64,000 bases of DNA from Chloroflexota bacterium. GTDB taxonomy: Bacteria > Chloroflexota > UBA6077 > FW602-bin22 > JAMCWG01. The notes beneath the pieces were generated by a model. The model did no database searches, had not been told where the DNA came from, and was given only the letters and a program-made list of their open reading frames with translations. Shown one piece after another: positions 54,753 to 64,000 of the stretch. How positions within the stretch are numbered: the stretch's first letter is position 1; every line of letters starts with the position of its first letter. The DNA is taken from the NCBI GenBank assembly GCA_023475235.1, contig JAMCWG010000116.1, positions 23,876 through 87,875 of the forward strand, given 5' to 3'. Position numbers and translations under genes: made by a program.

Positions 54753-55682
54753 CTACTTCTTTCGGCTCCGGAACCAGGCGATGGTCGCCTCCAGCCCCTC
54801 GGTCAAGCCCACCTTCGGCTCCCATCCCAGCACCCGGCGCGCCCGGCTGATGTCCGGACATCGCCGCTGCGGGTCATCCTCGCTGATAGGCGGCACGTGG
54901 ACAATTGGCGAATCGGACCGGCAAAGGTCCCTCACAATGTGGGCCAGCTCCAGCATCGTGTGCTCTTCTGGATTGCCCAGGTTGAAGACGCCGCCCCTGG
55001 TGTTGTCCGCGAACATCGCGGCGATGAGCCCTTCCACCATGTCGCTGACGTAGCACAGGCTGCGCGTGTGATCGCCATTGCCGTGCACGGTTATCGGCTC
55101 CCCTCTGACGGCCTGCCCGACGAAGTTGGGCACTACCCGCCCGTCATCGCAGCGGGGACCGTAGCAGTTGAAGATACGAACGATGCGGGCGTCCACACCT
55201 TTGTGGCGGTAGTAGGTCATCGTCAGGGACTCGGCGAAGCGCTTGCTCTCATCATAGCAGCTACGGATGCCGATGGAGTTCACGTTGCCCCAGTACTCCT
55301 CCCGCTGAGGATGCTCCAGGGGATCGCCGTAAATCTCCGAAGTAGAGGCCATCAGGAACCTCGCTCCGTTTCGCAGCGCAAGCTCCAGCAGCAGGTAAGT
55401 GCCCAAGCTATTGGCCAGCGCCGTCTCCAGCGGGTAATACAGGTAGGCCGGCGGGCTGGCCCGGCTTGCCAGATGGAAGACTGCCTGGGTCTGGAGCTCC
55501 AGCGGCTGCGTCACGTCGTGCCGCACAAAGCGAAAGCGCGGGTGCTCCACGACGTCCGCGATGTTTTCCTCACAGCCGACAGCCAGGTTGTCCACGCAGG
55601 TGACTCGATGCCCGAGCTCCAGCAACCGGCCGCAGAGATGCGAGCCGATGAAGCCCGCTCCTCCCGTTACAACTACGTCCAC
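54753..55682 (-). CDS. UDP-glucuronate decarboxylase-like NAD-dependent epimerase/dehydratase
   Basis: TGGAGFIG, HLAS.ASP, STSEIYG, RSCYDESKR and DDP.RRCPDI motifs. Confidence 0.92.
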   Translation of the reverse strand: MDVVVTGGAGFIGSHLCGRLLELGHRVTCVDNLAVGCEENIADVVEHPRFRFVRHDVTQPLELQTQAVFHLASRASPPAYLYYPLETALANSLGTYLLLELALRNGARFLMASTSEIYGDPLEHPQREEYWGNVNSIGIRSCYDESKRFAESLTMTYYRHKGVDARIVRIFNCYGPRCDDGRVVPNFVGQAVRGEPITVHGNGDHTRSLCYVSDMVEGLIAAMFADNTRGGVFNLGNPEEHTMLELAHIVRDLCRSDSPIVHVPPISEDDPQRRCPDISRARRVLGWEPKVGLTEGLEATIAWFRSRKK

Positions 55683-57019
55683 GTCAACTCTCCGTCACGC
55701 CGACCCAGAATGACCACTAGGCCACAGGTGAACCAGAAAATCGTGGCCAGGTCAACCAGGAAGTACGAGTTATCAACCAGACCGTGCACCACGAAATCGA
55801 CCATGCTGGCCAGCGCTCCCAGCGCCAAAGCCTGTTGGGTGACATCTCGTGCCCCACGGTAGATTTCCCATCCTTTCGTGAAAAACTTGAACAGTAGCCA
55901 CCCTATCGCGACGAGGCCTACCACGCCCAGGCTGAGCCAGAAGTCCAAGATAATATTATGCGGATGTGAGAGGTCCAGGTCAATGATAGCCTCGCCCGCC
56001 ACATATTTGTCGCGATATAAGTATAAGAAGTTGTCCAGTCCGACCCCAAAGACCGGGTGGTCTCGCAGCATATTGAGGGCCGATTCCCACAGCCGAAGGC
56101 GCAGGAAGGTGGTCCCCTCGTCCAGCGCCAGGTGGGAGCGCAGGCGCTCCCCGCCGGCCAGCAGCACCAGTCCAAGCCCCGCGGGCGCCACTGCGCCTGC
56201 CATCCGCGCCAGCCGCCGCCGGCCACCGGCGGCCCCCACGAAGAGCGCGGCCGCACCCAGTCCCAGCCACGCGCCCCAGGAGTAAGTGAGCACCACCGCC
56301 ACCCCCATCGCCAGGCACGCCGCTCCCCAGGCCCACCGCCGGTCTCGCCCGAACGCAGCCAGGCACGCCGCCAGGGGCAGCAGCCGCCCCAGGAACAGGC
56401 CGACGTTGTTCGGCGAGCCATAGAACGCCTTGACCCGCATCACCCCCTCGGCAGTTATCGTATCCCCTGTCAGGAAGTACTGGTAGGCACACACCAGGGC
56501 GATGATGACGCCGCCGGCAACCAGGGCCCCGACCAGCAGCAAGACCTGGGAGGGCCGCCTGATCGTGTCCGTGAGCAGCACGTAGAACAGCGCCGGCTCG
56601 ATGATGACCACACGCAGGACTCGCGCGCTCTCTCGGAGATGCTCCGATACCAGGAGCGAGGCCAGGGCCGCCACGATCAGGATGGCCAGCGGAACATCGA
56701 AGGGGGTGCGCGGCAGGTGGAATTCCCGGCGCACCGCCCGGCGAGCGGCCCAGGCCACGGTGCAGGCCAGGATTAGCACCTCCACCGGCGAGAAGGCCAG
56801 GCGTCCGAAAGAATGGGTCACCAGGTAGAACGGGGTCGACAGCAGGACGAAGGCCAGCGCGACATCGAGGCGAAAGTAGGCCAGCGCGGCGAAGCCGAGC
56901 AGGGCGAGCAGGCTGACCGCCGGCCAGGGAGAGAAGTGGTACACCACGAGCACGGCCCCCATTGCCACAGTCGCCTTCGCCGTGGTGGAGACAGGAGCGC
57001 GCGCCAGCAAGCCGATCAT
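55673..57019 (-). CDS. O-antigen ligase (Wzy_C) family membrane protein
   Basis: YGSPNN, RLRLW, GVGLDNF, SHPHN and HGLVDN motifs; ATG overlaps the upstream TGA (ATGA at 57016-57019). Confidence 0.88.
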   Translation of the reverse strand: MIGLLARAPVSTTAKATVAMGAVLVVYHFSPWPAVSLLALLGFAALAYFRLDVALAFVLLSTPFYLVTHSFGRLAFSPVEVLILACTVAWAARRAVRREFHLPRTPFDVPLAILIVAALASLLVSEHLRESARVLRVVIIEPALFYVLLTDTIRRPSQVLLLVGALVAGGVIIALVCAYQYFLTGDTITAEGVMRVKAFYGSPNNVGLFLGRLLPLAACLAAFGRDRRWAWGAACLAMGVAVVLTYSWGAWLGLGAAALFVGAAGGRRRLARMAGAVAPAGLGLVLLAGGERLRSHLALDEGTTFLRLRLWESALNMLRDHPVFGVGLDNFLYLYRDKYVAGEAIIDLDLSHPHNIILDFWLSLGVVGLVAIGWLLFKFFTKGWEIYRGARDVTQQALALGALASMVDFVVHGLVDNSYFLVDLATIFWFTCGLVVILGRRDGELTWT

Positions 57020-58755
57020 AGCCTTGTTCGCGTATCGGGAAGCCGGACGACGGGCCGGCCCAGCCACCAGTACAGAAGGAGCATCATAATGATGATAGCG
57101 CCGGAGACTATGCTGATGGTAGCCCAAGTCGAGATCACCTCGGTCCGGTGGACCTTGAAGCCATCGATGCCGACCCGGCTGCCCCTGGACGCCGGGTTCC
57201 GGTTGCCGGAGAGCGACAGGCGCAGCACGTGCTTGCCCGAGGGCAGGCCGTTGCTCACCGGCACCAGCCTCTGCTCAACGGTCTGTTCACTGTAAAGATC
57301 GAGGTACGACTGTCCCAGCCGGTCGGAGGGCAGCAGATTGGCCACCGCCCCGTCGACCGTGATCGACGCGATGCCCGCCTCCGGCCCCATCTGGACCAGC
57401 AGGTCGATTCCGCCGCCGTCGAACGCAATGTTGAGGCTGTCGCCAGTCTGTTCCGTCACTGTCAGCAGGCCGCCGCTGGCCTTGCTATCGACGGCCAGCC
57501 GCCAGGCTCCCTCTGTCGTCACGGCTGGATTGGTGCTCTGGTAAGTGCCCGGCTCGGCCACGGACAACGCGGCGGTCTGCGCCTTTACCGCTCGGTAAAG
57601 TAGGCGCGGCGTGAATCCCACATCGACCATCCGGAAGTAATAGTCCGAATGGTCGGGCAATATCTGCCCGGCTTGGCGGAAGTACCAGATGCAGAAAATG
57701 CCGGCCCAGGGCCATTCCTCTCTGGCTTTGCGGATCGCATCGATGGTGAACTGGGCCTGCTGCTGCTCGCTCACCCGGCCCCAGCGAAGGGCGCCGGGAG
57801 GAAAGTCTTCCGGGGAAGCGTTCCAGCCGAACTCGTTGAACCAGACCGGCTTTCCGCCGTCGCCGTATCGCTCCATAATCTGCCGGCTGAGCTCGACCCG
57901 CCGGAAGTTCAGCCGCTGCGGATCGGCCGGGTCGTCCGGGGTCTCGCTGAAGCCGTAGGCATTGGCGAAAAGGATATCGAAGTAGTTCTTCGCGCCGTTG
58001 CGGTACATGCCTTCCAGGTAGTCGAGATCGTTGATCGCGTCCGAAGAGCGCTCCAGCGTTTGGGCCAGAGGCGCGCTCAGGATGAAGACGTTCGGATCGG
58101 CGGCCTCGGCCCGCTCATAGCCGATGCGCAGCAACTGCACATACGCCGCCGGGTCCAGTTGCCGACTGCCCCATTCCGGCCGGATATTCGGCTCGTTCCA
58201 AAGCTGGTAATAGCGTATCTTACCGCGATAATGGGATACCACTGCGGAGACGAAATCGCCGTAGTCCTCGAAGTTATCCGGCGGCGCCTCCCGCAGGCTA
58301 TTGTCCTTCCGCGTCCACGCAGGGGGGCGGTCCAGCCGGGCGATCACCTGCATCCCATTCTGAAGTGCCAGATCGACGATATGGTCGTATTTCTCCCAGG
58401 TGCTGCGATTCTGCCGATCGTCCCAGAACCGCCCCTTTTTCGGCTCCAGCTCTTCCCACGGGAACTGCTGTTTCACCCAGCCGATGCCTGCCTCGTGGGC
58501 CATCTGGATGGTCTTCTCAACTTTCCAGGGTTCGGCCTCCCATTGAAGGAAGAAGTTTGCCCCGTAGGGGTTCACATCCGTGTGCGGCATAACGCGGAGA
58601 GTGGTGGGAGCAACGCTGGCCGCCGATCCCTGGGTCTGAAGTTGGGCCAGCAAGCTGGCGACGAAAACCAATGCCGCCAGCACGCCGACCACCGTTATCA
58701 GACCCTTGGCCTGGCGACGCGCCGGCCGGCCCCGGATGTTCAAAGCGGCCACCAC
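57016..58755 (-). CDS. Clan GH-A glycoside hydrolase (GH5/GH39-like) with beta-sandwich domain and C-terminal TM
   Basis: WNEPN acid/base and FNEFGW nucleophile; N- and C-terminal hydrophobic segments. Start uncertain. Confidence 0.85.
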   Translation of the reverse strand: MVAALNIRGRPARRQAKGLITVVGVLAALVFVASLLAQLQTQGSAASVAPTTLRVMPHTDVNPYGANFFLQWEAEPWKVEKTIQMAHEAGIGWVKQQFPWEELEPKKGRFWDDRQNRSTWEKYDHIVDLALQNGMQVIARLDRPPAWTRKDNSLREAPPDNFEDYGDFVSAVVSHYRGKIRYYQLWNEPNIRPEWGSRQLDPAAYVQLLRIGYERAEAADPNVFILSAPLAQTLERSSDAINDLDYLEGMYRNGAKNYFDILFANAYGFSETPDDPADPQRLNFRRVELSRQIMERYGDGGKPVWFNEFGWNASPEDFPPGALRWGRVSEQQQAQFTIDAIRKAREEWPWAGIFCIWYFRQAGQILPDHSDYYFRMVDVGFTPRLLYRAVKAQTAALSVAEPGTYQSTNPAVTTEGAWRLAVDSKASGGLLTVTEQTGDSLNIAFDGGGIDLLVQMGPEAGIASITVDGAVANLLPSDRLGQSYLDLYSEQTVEQRLVPVSNGLPSGKHVLRLSLSGNRNPASRGSRVGIDGFKVHRTEVISTWATISIVSGAIIIMMLLLYWWLGRPVVRLPDTRTRL

Positions 58756-58900
58756 CAATGACCAGAAGAAGAGCCAACAATCGAGATGGGCATGGCGCGA
58801 GTATAGCAAAACGGCGCGGCCTAACGCAATTTGAAGGCAGGACGAGGTCTCACCAACAATTGAGGCATGATCGGCCTATGCCGCTTGGCGATACGGGGTT

Positions 58901-59116
58901 ACCTCACCCCCTATCCCCTCGCCAGTCGCCAGACCCGCCTGCCATAGGCAGGCCCGTCATCCTCACCAGCAGTCAAAGAAGGCGACCCCTCGCCACGGCG
59001 AGAGTGCCGCAGGCATCTTGGCGGGAGGCGAGTCGCCTTCGGAGACCTCTCCGCCTGCGGAGAGGGGGAACGTAAGGCGTTGACTCCCTCCATAACTGCG
59101 GCCAAGGGGGTGAGGT
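58901..59116. repeat. Mosaic of nested palindromes (CCTCACCCCC/GGGGGTGAGG family)
   Basis: Outer ACCTCACCCCCT ... AGGGGGTGAGGT; inner GAAGGCGAC/GTCGCCTTC, CTCGCCACGGCGAG and CCTCTCCGCCTGCGGAGAGG stems. Confidence 0.65.
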
Positions 59117-59362
59117 CTGCCCCGCCGTACCATTTCGCACTCAAGTAAGAGGATAAGCACGCCTTGTTTGTCAGTGGAATTGCTCGGGTAGGAAACACAT
59201 GGTTTTGTTGTTATGGGAAAAGCTTTATCATGCTCGTAATGGTGGCTGTCGCTCGTCATCCGTGCGCTGGGACAATCCAGGCTGTGCGCCTGCATACAGG
59301 GGGTTCTTAACGGTCCGCCAGAAGGGCCCGCATCCGGCGATCGTCGAGGAGGGAATAGAGCT

Positions 59363-60312
59363 ATGTTGTATCGACTGGCACTTGCCGCTGGCATCATCTC
59401 GGCCATTGTTCTGACGGCGTTCCTGAGCGGCATCGGCAACGCCATCGCCTCCGGTGGAGACGCCGCCCAGCACTCCCTCACCGCGGCCGCGCCGGCACCT
59501 GCGCCCACTCCTACTTCACCTGCCCTCGTGCCGCCGGTCTCCGCCACCTATCCCGATGCGACCTATGGCCTCGCCGAGGAGCGGAACATCGGCGCGTACA
59601 CGCTACGGCTGTGGCAGAACATGTCGGCCAGGAAGTACCCCCCATCGGACATCGTCACCATCTCGGCTCCCGGGCAGGACACCATCCAGATCGATCCCGT
59701 CCTGAAGCTTGACGACCTCACCGGCGCAGACGTGATCGTCCACACCTTCTCGGGCGGTGCCCATTGCTGCTTCTCCACGATAATCTACGACCTGGGGCTT
59801 GCCCTTCCCTCCATAGCCCCGAGAACGGGGGAAGGGCCTGCCCTGACCAAGGTGCTCGAAACGAGGCCCTCCAACTGCGGCGGCAACTTGCAGGACCTCG
59901 ACGGAGATGGCGTCTATGAGTACGTCACCTGCGACGATCTCTTCGCCTACACCTACTGCTGCTACGTGGGGTCGCCAAAGGTGCAGGCAATACTCAAGTA
60001 CGAGCATGGCGAAGGCTACGTGCCGGCCAGCCCCGAGTTCGCCGATATGTACGCGCACGATATTGCCCAGAACACAAGAACGGCCGAGGGTGGGAAGCCC
60101 GGCGGGCAATGCGATGGGATGACACGACCAAGTGCTCTGTCCTGCCCGTGGTCCTGGACTACCTGTACTCCGGCCGGCCCGACGAGGCGTGGGCGACGCT
60201 GTACCGCCTGTACCCCTATCCGGACGTCGAGGACTTCCGAGCCGAGATAGAGCAGGCTATCAACGGAAGTCCGTTGTTCACCTGCGCCCCGAGGAGCGAG
60301 GATTCGCAGTGA
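59363..60312 (+). pseudogene. Exported Cys-rich hypothetical protein with a frameshift near 60113
   Basis: Signal peptide, SGGAHCC and DLDGDG motifs; the coding-like sequence continues in another frame (WDDTTKCSVLPVVLDYLYSG...). Confidence 0.7.
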
Positions 60313-60403
60313 CGGGGGCAGCCCCGCCCCGATTTGCCACCCGGTATCTGCAGCCGCTTATGCTTTCCAGGGGCAGCAGGGGCAGCCCGCACGGCCGGCG
60401 CGT

Positions 60404-61234
60404 CTAAAGGCCGTCGGCCACCTCCCTCGTCCTATCCAGGTCGGGGAAAGGCCAGGCCTGCGACAGTTCGCCGGCGGCTTCCTTCAGCATCGGCACGAAG
60501 CTCGGCAGCTTCTCCGATGTGAAACGGCTGGAGGGCCCCGCCAGCCCCAGCGCGGCGACAACCCTGCCTTCCCGATCGTACATCGGGACTGCGACGGTGT
60601 TCACATCGAGCGCACGCTCCCCCTCGTTGGTGGCATACCCCTGGGCCCGGACCTTGCGCAGATCCACGCGGAACGCCTCGAGGGAGGTAATAGTGTTGGG
60701 GGTCAGGCGGGGCAAGCCGGCTGCCGCCAGCCTGGCCAGCGCCTCCTCTTCCGGCAGGCTGGCCAGATAGACCTTCTCCGATGCAGAGCAATGTAGCGGT
60801 TGGACTCTCCCCAATCGGTGGACCACCTGCACCTCGTGCATCGAGTCCTCCTGGGCGTACAGGATCCGCCCGCCCGGGCCGACCAGGACCAATTGCGCCC
60901 GCTCGCCGCTGGCTTGCACCAGACGGCGAAGCACGGACTGGCAGAGCTCGGGGAAGCTCGCGGAGGTGGCGTGACGGTTGGCCAGGGCGACGACCTTGAA
61001 GGTCAGGAAATACCGCCGGGAATACGGGTCCTGCTGAACGTAACCCTCGTCCTCGAGGCTGGCCAGGATGCGAGAGACCATGCCCTTCGTCACCCCAAGC
61101 TTCTCGCTGATCTCCAGGACCGATACACCGTCAGGAAGGCCGGCCATAATCTCCATAGCCTTCACCGCCCGCTGCACGGATTCCAGCCTTGCCGGCAGCC
61201 GAGCAGGGTTCACGCGCTTCCGAGCCAACTTCAT
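60404..61234 (-). CDS. IclR family transcriptional regulator
   Basis: N-terminal HTH (SVQRA...ISEKLG), PLHCSA, LTPNTIT, VRAQGYA and VAVP motifs. Confidence 0.95.
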   Translation of the reverse strand: MKLARKRVNPARLPARLESVQRAVKAMEIMAGLPDGVSVLEISEKLGVTKGMVSRILASLEDEGYVQQDPYSRRYFLTFKVVALANRHATSASFPELCQSVLRRLVQASGERAQLVLVGPGGRILYAQEDSMHEVQVVHRLGRVQPLHCSASEKVYLASLPEEEALARLAAAGLPRLTPNTITSLEAFRVDLRKVRAQGYATNEGERALDVNTVAVPMYDREGRVVAALGLAGPSSRFTSEKLPSFVPMLKEAAGELSQAWPFPDLDRTREVADGL

Positions 61235-61409
61235 CTGTGCGGACCCTCCTTTTCAGCGACAGACGTGCTGAAACTTGGTTTCGGGTTACAGGAATTATAG
61301 GTGCCCCGCGCCGGACGTCAACGATGGGCCACCGTTTCGTCGGGCTACGGAGACAACGGCAGACTGTCCCGGCGACCTTCCTCACGTCGGAACGGAGGCG
61401 ACCGACGGG

Positions 61410-62345
61410 CTAGATCAGCTTGGCCCGCTGGAAGTACACGGTGTAAGCGGAAACGGCCATCCGGATGCCATCCACCGCTATCTCGGCCCGTCGCTCCGGC
61501 GCGAGGCGCGATCCTCGCGGGCTCTGGGCGATCCGGCCCTCCAGATACGCGGCCAGCCGCCGGCCTACCTCGACCTTGTCGGCGCCCTCCCTGAGCGCAC
61601 CCAGCACCACCTCGGTGTAGCCGCGGGTGGTCGCCTCGGCCTCTGCCAGGGCCCGCTCCACCTCTGGCCACACGCCGTTATGCGAACTGACGATGGCACT
61701 GGGACGCAGGCCGGCAATCATATGGTAGGTCTCTATAGCCACATTGGGATCGAAGGACGGCGGTGCAGCCGACGGCACGTACACGTCGCCCTCGGCATTG
61801 TACCCGCCCGCCGCCTCGCCGGCAAACAGCATCCCCGTCAGGCTATCGTGCAGCACGATGTGGTGCGGCGCGTGACCCGGCGACGCGTGCACGCGCAGCT
61901 CTCTCCCCTGCCCCAGGGAGATGGCCTCGCCACCTCTCACTACCCACACTCGCTCCCGCGGGACCGGCAGCATCGGGCCGTAAATCTCCTCGAACTGGTC
62001 CCCGAAGACCTGGCGGGTGCTTTCCACGAGGCGCGTCGGATCGATCATATGGCGGGCGCCGGCCTCCGGCAGGACGATGGTGGGCCTGGCGAGCTGCTGC
62101 GCCAGCAGGCCCACACCACCGGCGTGGTCGATGTGGATGTGGGTGGGCACGATGTAGTCCAGGCCGGCAGGGTCGTACCCGGCCTCGCGAATGCCGGCCG
62201 TGACTTCGGCGTTGCGGGACGCCGGCGCGCTCTCCACCAGCGCCATCTTTCCCTCGCCCACCACCAGGAAGGCATGCGAGAATGGCACGCGCGGGTGCGG
62301 GGTCGTCGGTATATGGAATATCCCTTTCGCAAGTTCCTTGACCAT
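61410..62345 (-). CDS. MBL-fold metallo-hydrolase
   Basis: THIHIDHAGG, PGHAPHH, FAGE and SHNG motifs. Confidence 0.92.
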   Translation of the reverse strand: MVKELAKGIFHIPTTPHPRVPFSHAFLVVGEGKMALVESAPASRNAEVTAGIREAGYDPAGLDYIVPTHIHIDHAGGVGLLAQQLARPTIVLPEAGARHMIDPTRLVESTRQVFGDQFEEIYGPMLPVPRERVWVVRGGEAISLGQGRELRVHASPGHAPHHIVLHDSLTGMLFAGEAAGGYNAEGDVYVPSAAPPSFDPNVAIETYHMIAGLRPSAIVSSHNGVWPEVERALAEAEATTRGYTEVVLGALREGADKVEVGRRLAAYLEGRIAQSPRGSRLAPERRAEIAVDGIRMAVSAYTVYFQRAKLI

Positions 62346-62461
62346 AATCTGGCTCACCTCATCTGCTGGTTGGCGGTTATTGGCGTCCCCCTGAACGCTC
62401 CCATATTCGGACGTGGGGACCGGGCGACCCGGCGTCGGGGCCAGGCTGCCAGGCCCCACCT

Positions 62462-63835
62462 TTACGCGAATTGCAGGCCGACACCCGATAGCATCTGCTT
62501 CGCCTGCAGGTACACCTCGTGGTACGCCGGCATAGGCCGATGGTGCGCCCAGTCGTAGACCTCGCGCACATCGCGGGCCGGCTCCGGCTTGCGGCCTTCG
62601 ATCAGCTCCGCCAGCTTACGGTAGAAGACCTCGCCGTTCGACCGCGTGTGCACGCTGTGCATCACGGCGTTGCAGACCTCCCAGGTCCACTCCGCCTCCA
62701 GCGGCGTCTGGGCCTGGTTCACCTGCGCGCGCTGGTGGCGGACCTTGTCCACATTAGCGCCGTTCAGCGGCCCTCTGGCGAAGTTGTAGGCCAGCTCCAG
62801 AAGCTGGGTGAGCGTCCCCGGCCCCGATTGAGTGTACCCGCCGTTGAAGTACGGCAGCGGGCAGTAGCGGTTTAGCACCTGACAGGCCAGCGACGACGCC
62901 CAGTAGGTGTTCGGTTGCGGCTGCAGCCGCTCGGCCATGCGGCCGGTGGCGCGGCCGATGGAGGCCGGACCGAACCGGTCTCGATAGCAGATCCAGCCGC
63001 CCACCAACTGGCATACGGCCTCGATGACCGCCCCCTCGACGCCGCCACAGAAGCCGCCGGCGGTGGCGCTGGCCACCCCGCGGGCGAAGGCGCCGTAATC
63101 GTTGTAGACGATGGCCGCCGTCAGCATGTCCTGCTCCATCTTTACATCCGGCAGCATCGTCAGCAGGATGCCGTCGGTCCGCCGCAGGCCATAGTCGGGG
63201 TCCATCGGCGCCACCAGCACGGAGGCCCGGGTGCTGATCGGGTACAGGGCCACCCCTATCCCGGGCCGGCCGGCCTGGCGAATGCCCTGCCGCAGCCAGG
63301 CGAGCTGGCGCCGGGAGGCATAAGCCTCCAGGGGCATACCGTACACCTCGCGGCCGTCCACGGCCCGGAAGTTGAAGCCTTCGATCAGGTCGGCGCTCGG
63401 TATCTGGGCCATGTTCTTGACGCAGATGGAGCCTAGCTCTTCTGAGAACGGGGCGTGATGTCCGGGCACATGGCTCAGCCCCTCCGTTTCCTCGATCCGC
63501 CTGCTCTTTATCACCCGGACGTCGCGGCCCGTCCCCACGGCGATCTCCGACGGAGCCTCGCGAATGGCCTGGAGCACCTCGTCCCGCGTCAATTGGATGA
63601 CGCGGCTGGTAGTCAGGCAGTAGATGCCCTGCTCGCTCAAGAAGTCGACGGCCGCGCGGTATGCGGCCTCCACCTGCGCATCATCATGGTTGAAGAAGCT
63701 GCCGTCGTCCGGGCATTTTATGCCGTACTTCCCGGTCAGCTCTTCCATCTTGCGGAACAGGCTCAGGTTCCACGTCTTCTCCTCGACCTTCGGCCCCTTC
63801 TGGCTCCGCTCGGCAATGTCCAGCAATGAGATCAT
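62462..63835 (-). CDS. MtmB family methyltransferase, non-pyrrolysine (paralogue of 1932-3311)
   Basis: MISLLDIAER, GTGRD, AGRPGIGV-A-LYP (Ala at the Pyl site), GGFCGG and GLQF; no in-frame TAG; AGGAG RBS. Confidence 0.88.
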   Translation of the reverse strand: MISLLDIAERSQKGPKVEEKTWNLSLFRKMEELTGKYGIKCPDDGSFFNHDDAQVEAAYRAAVDFLSEQGIYCLTTSRVIQLTRDEVLQAIREAPSEIAVGTGRDVRVIKSRRIEETEGLSHVPGHHAPFSEELGSICVKNMAQIPSADLIEGFNFRAVDGREVYGMPLEAYASRRQLAWLRQGIRQAGRPGIGVALYPISTRASVLVAPMDPDYGLRRTDGILLTMLPDVKMEQDMLTAAIVYNDYGAFARGVASATAGGFCGGVEGAVIEAVCQLVGGWICYRDRFGPASIGRATGRMAERLQPQPNTYWASSLACQVLNRYCPLPYFNGGYTQSGPGTLTQLLELAYNFARGPLNGANVDKVRHQRAQVNQAQTPLEAEWTWEVCNAVMHSVHTRSNGEVFYRKLAELIEGRKPEPARDVREVYDWAHHRPMPAYHEVYLQAKQMLSGVGLQFA

Positions 63836-63910
63836 GGTTCTCTCCTAAGAGCTATGTGATCTGTAACATTGATGTAGTGCGATGTTTCGCCGCCCCACCG
63901 TTGCGCTTGG

Positions 63911-64000
63911 TTATGTCAATCCTGCGGCCACCAGGGCGATCACCCTGGCCGCCTCCAGCAGGTTACTGATGCGACAATTTTCGTCGGGGCCGTGCCCGCG
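63911..64000 (-). CDS. C-terminus of probable M20 (ArgE/DapE-like) metallopeptidase
   Basis: Reads RGHGPDENCRISNLLEAARVIALVAAGLT*; H-x-x-D-E near the C-terminus is the M20 final metal-ligand motif. Partial gene. Confidence 0.6.
   Translation of the reverse strand, partial: RGHGPDENCRISNLLEAARVIALVAAGLT

Noticed and set aside
55673-58809. Frameshifted single GH-ligase fusion gene
   Set aside because: A clean ATGA stop/start overlap at 57016-57019 and a C-terminal TM on the hydrolase support two coupled genes.

Overview
GC-rich bacterial chromosomal segment, most consistent with a Chloroflexota genome. Supporting clues are the greA-lysS order, rplU-rpmA-rpmE with no Prp gene and no L27 N-terminal extension, and Chloroflexota-type surface proteins. 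Housekeeping genes: greA, lon/hsp20, dinB, dcd, mtnP, rpmH-rnpA-yidD-yidC-jag, rplU-rpmA-rpmE, ctpA/htrA. Accessory content: two full-length, pyrrolysine-free monomethylamine methyltransferase (MtmB) paralogues, each next to amide-hydrolase genes; a geranylgeranyl-reductase-like/NDH-2 fusion; two secreted proteins sharing a near-identical dockerin-like C-terminal tag; a surface-glycosylation cluster (3 GT4, a flippase-like protein, 2 O-antigen-ligase-like proteins, UDP-GlcA decarboxylase, a clan-A glycoside hydrolase); a decayed IS4-like element with intact terminal inverted repeats and a 6-bp target duplication; several families of REP-like palindromes, some nested; and a duplicated 5' gene fragment. 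No tRNA, rRNA or CRISPR array was seen. All product calls come from motif recognition by eye, without database searches.
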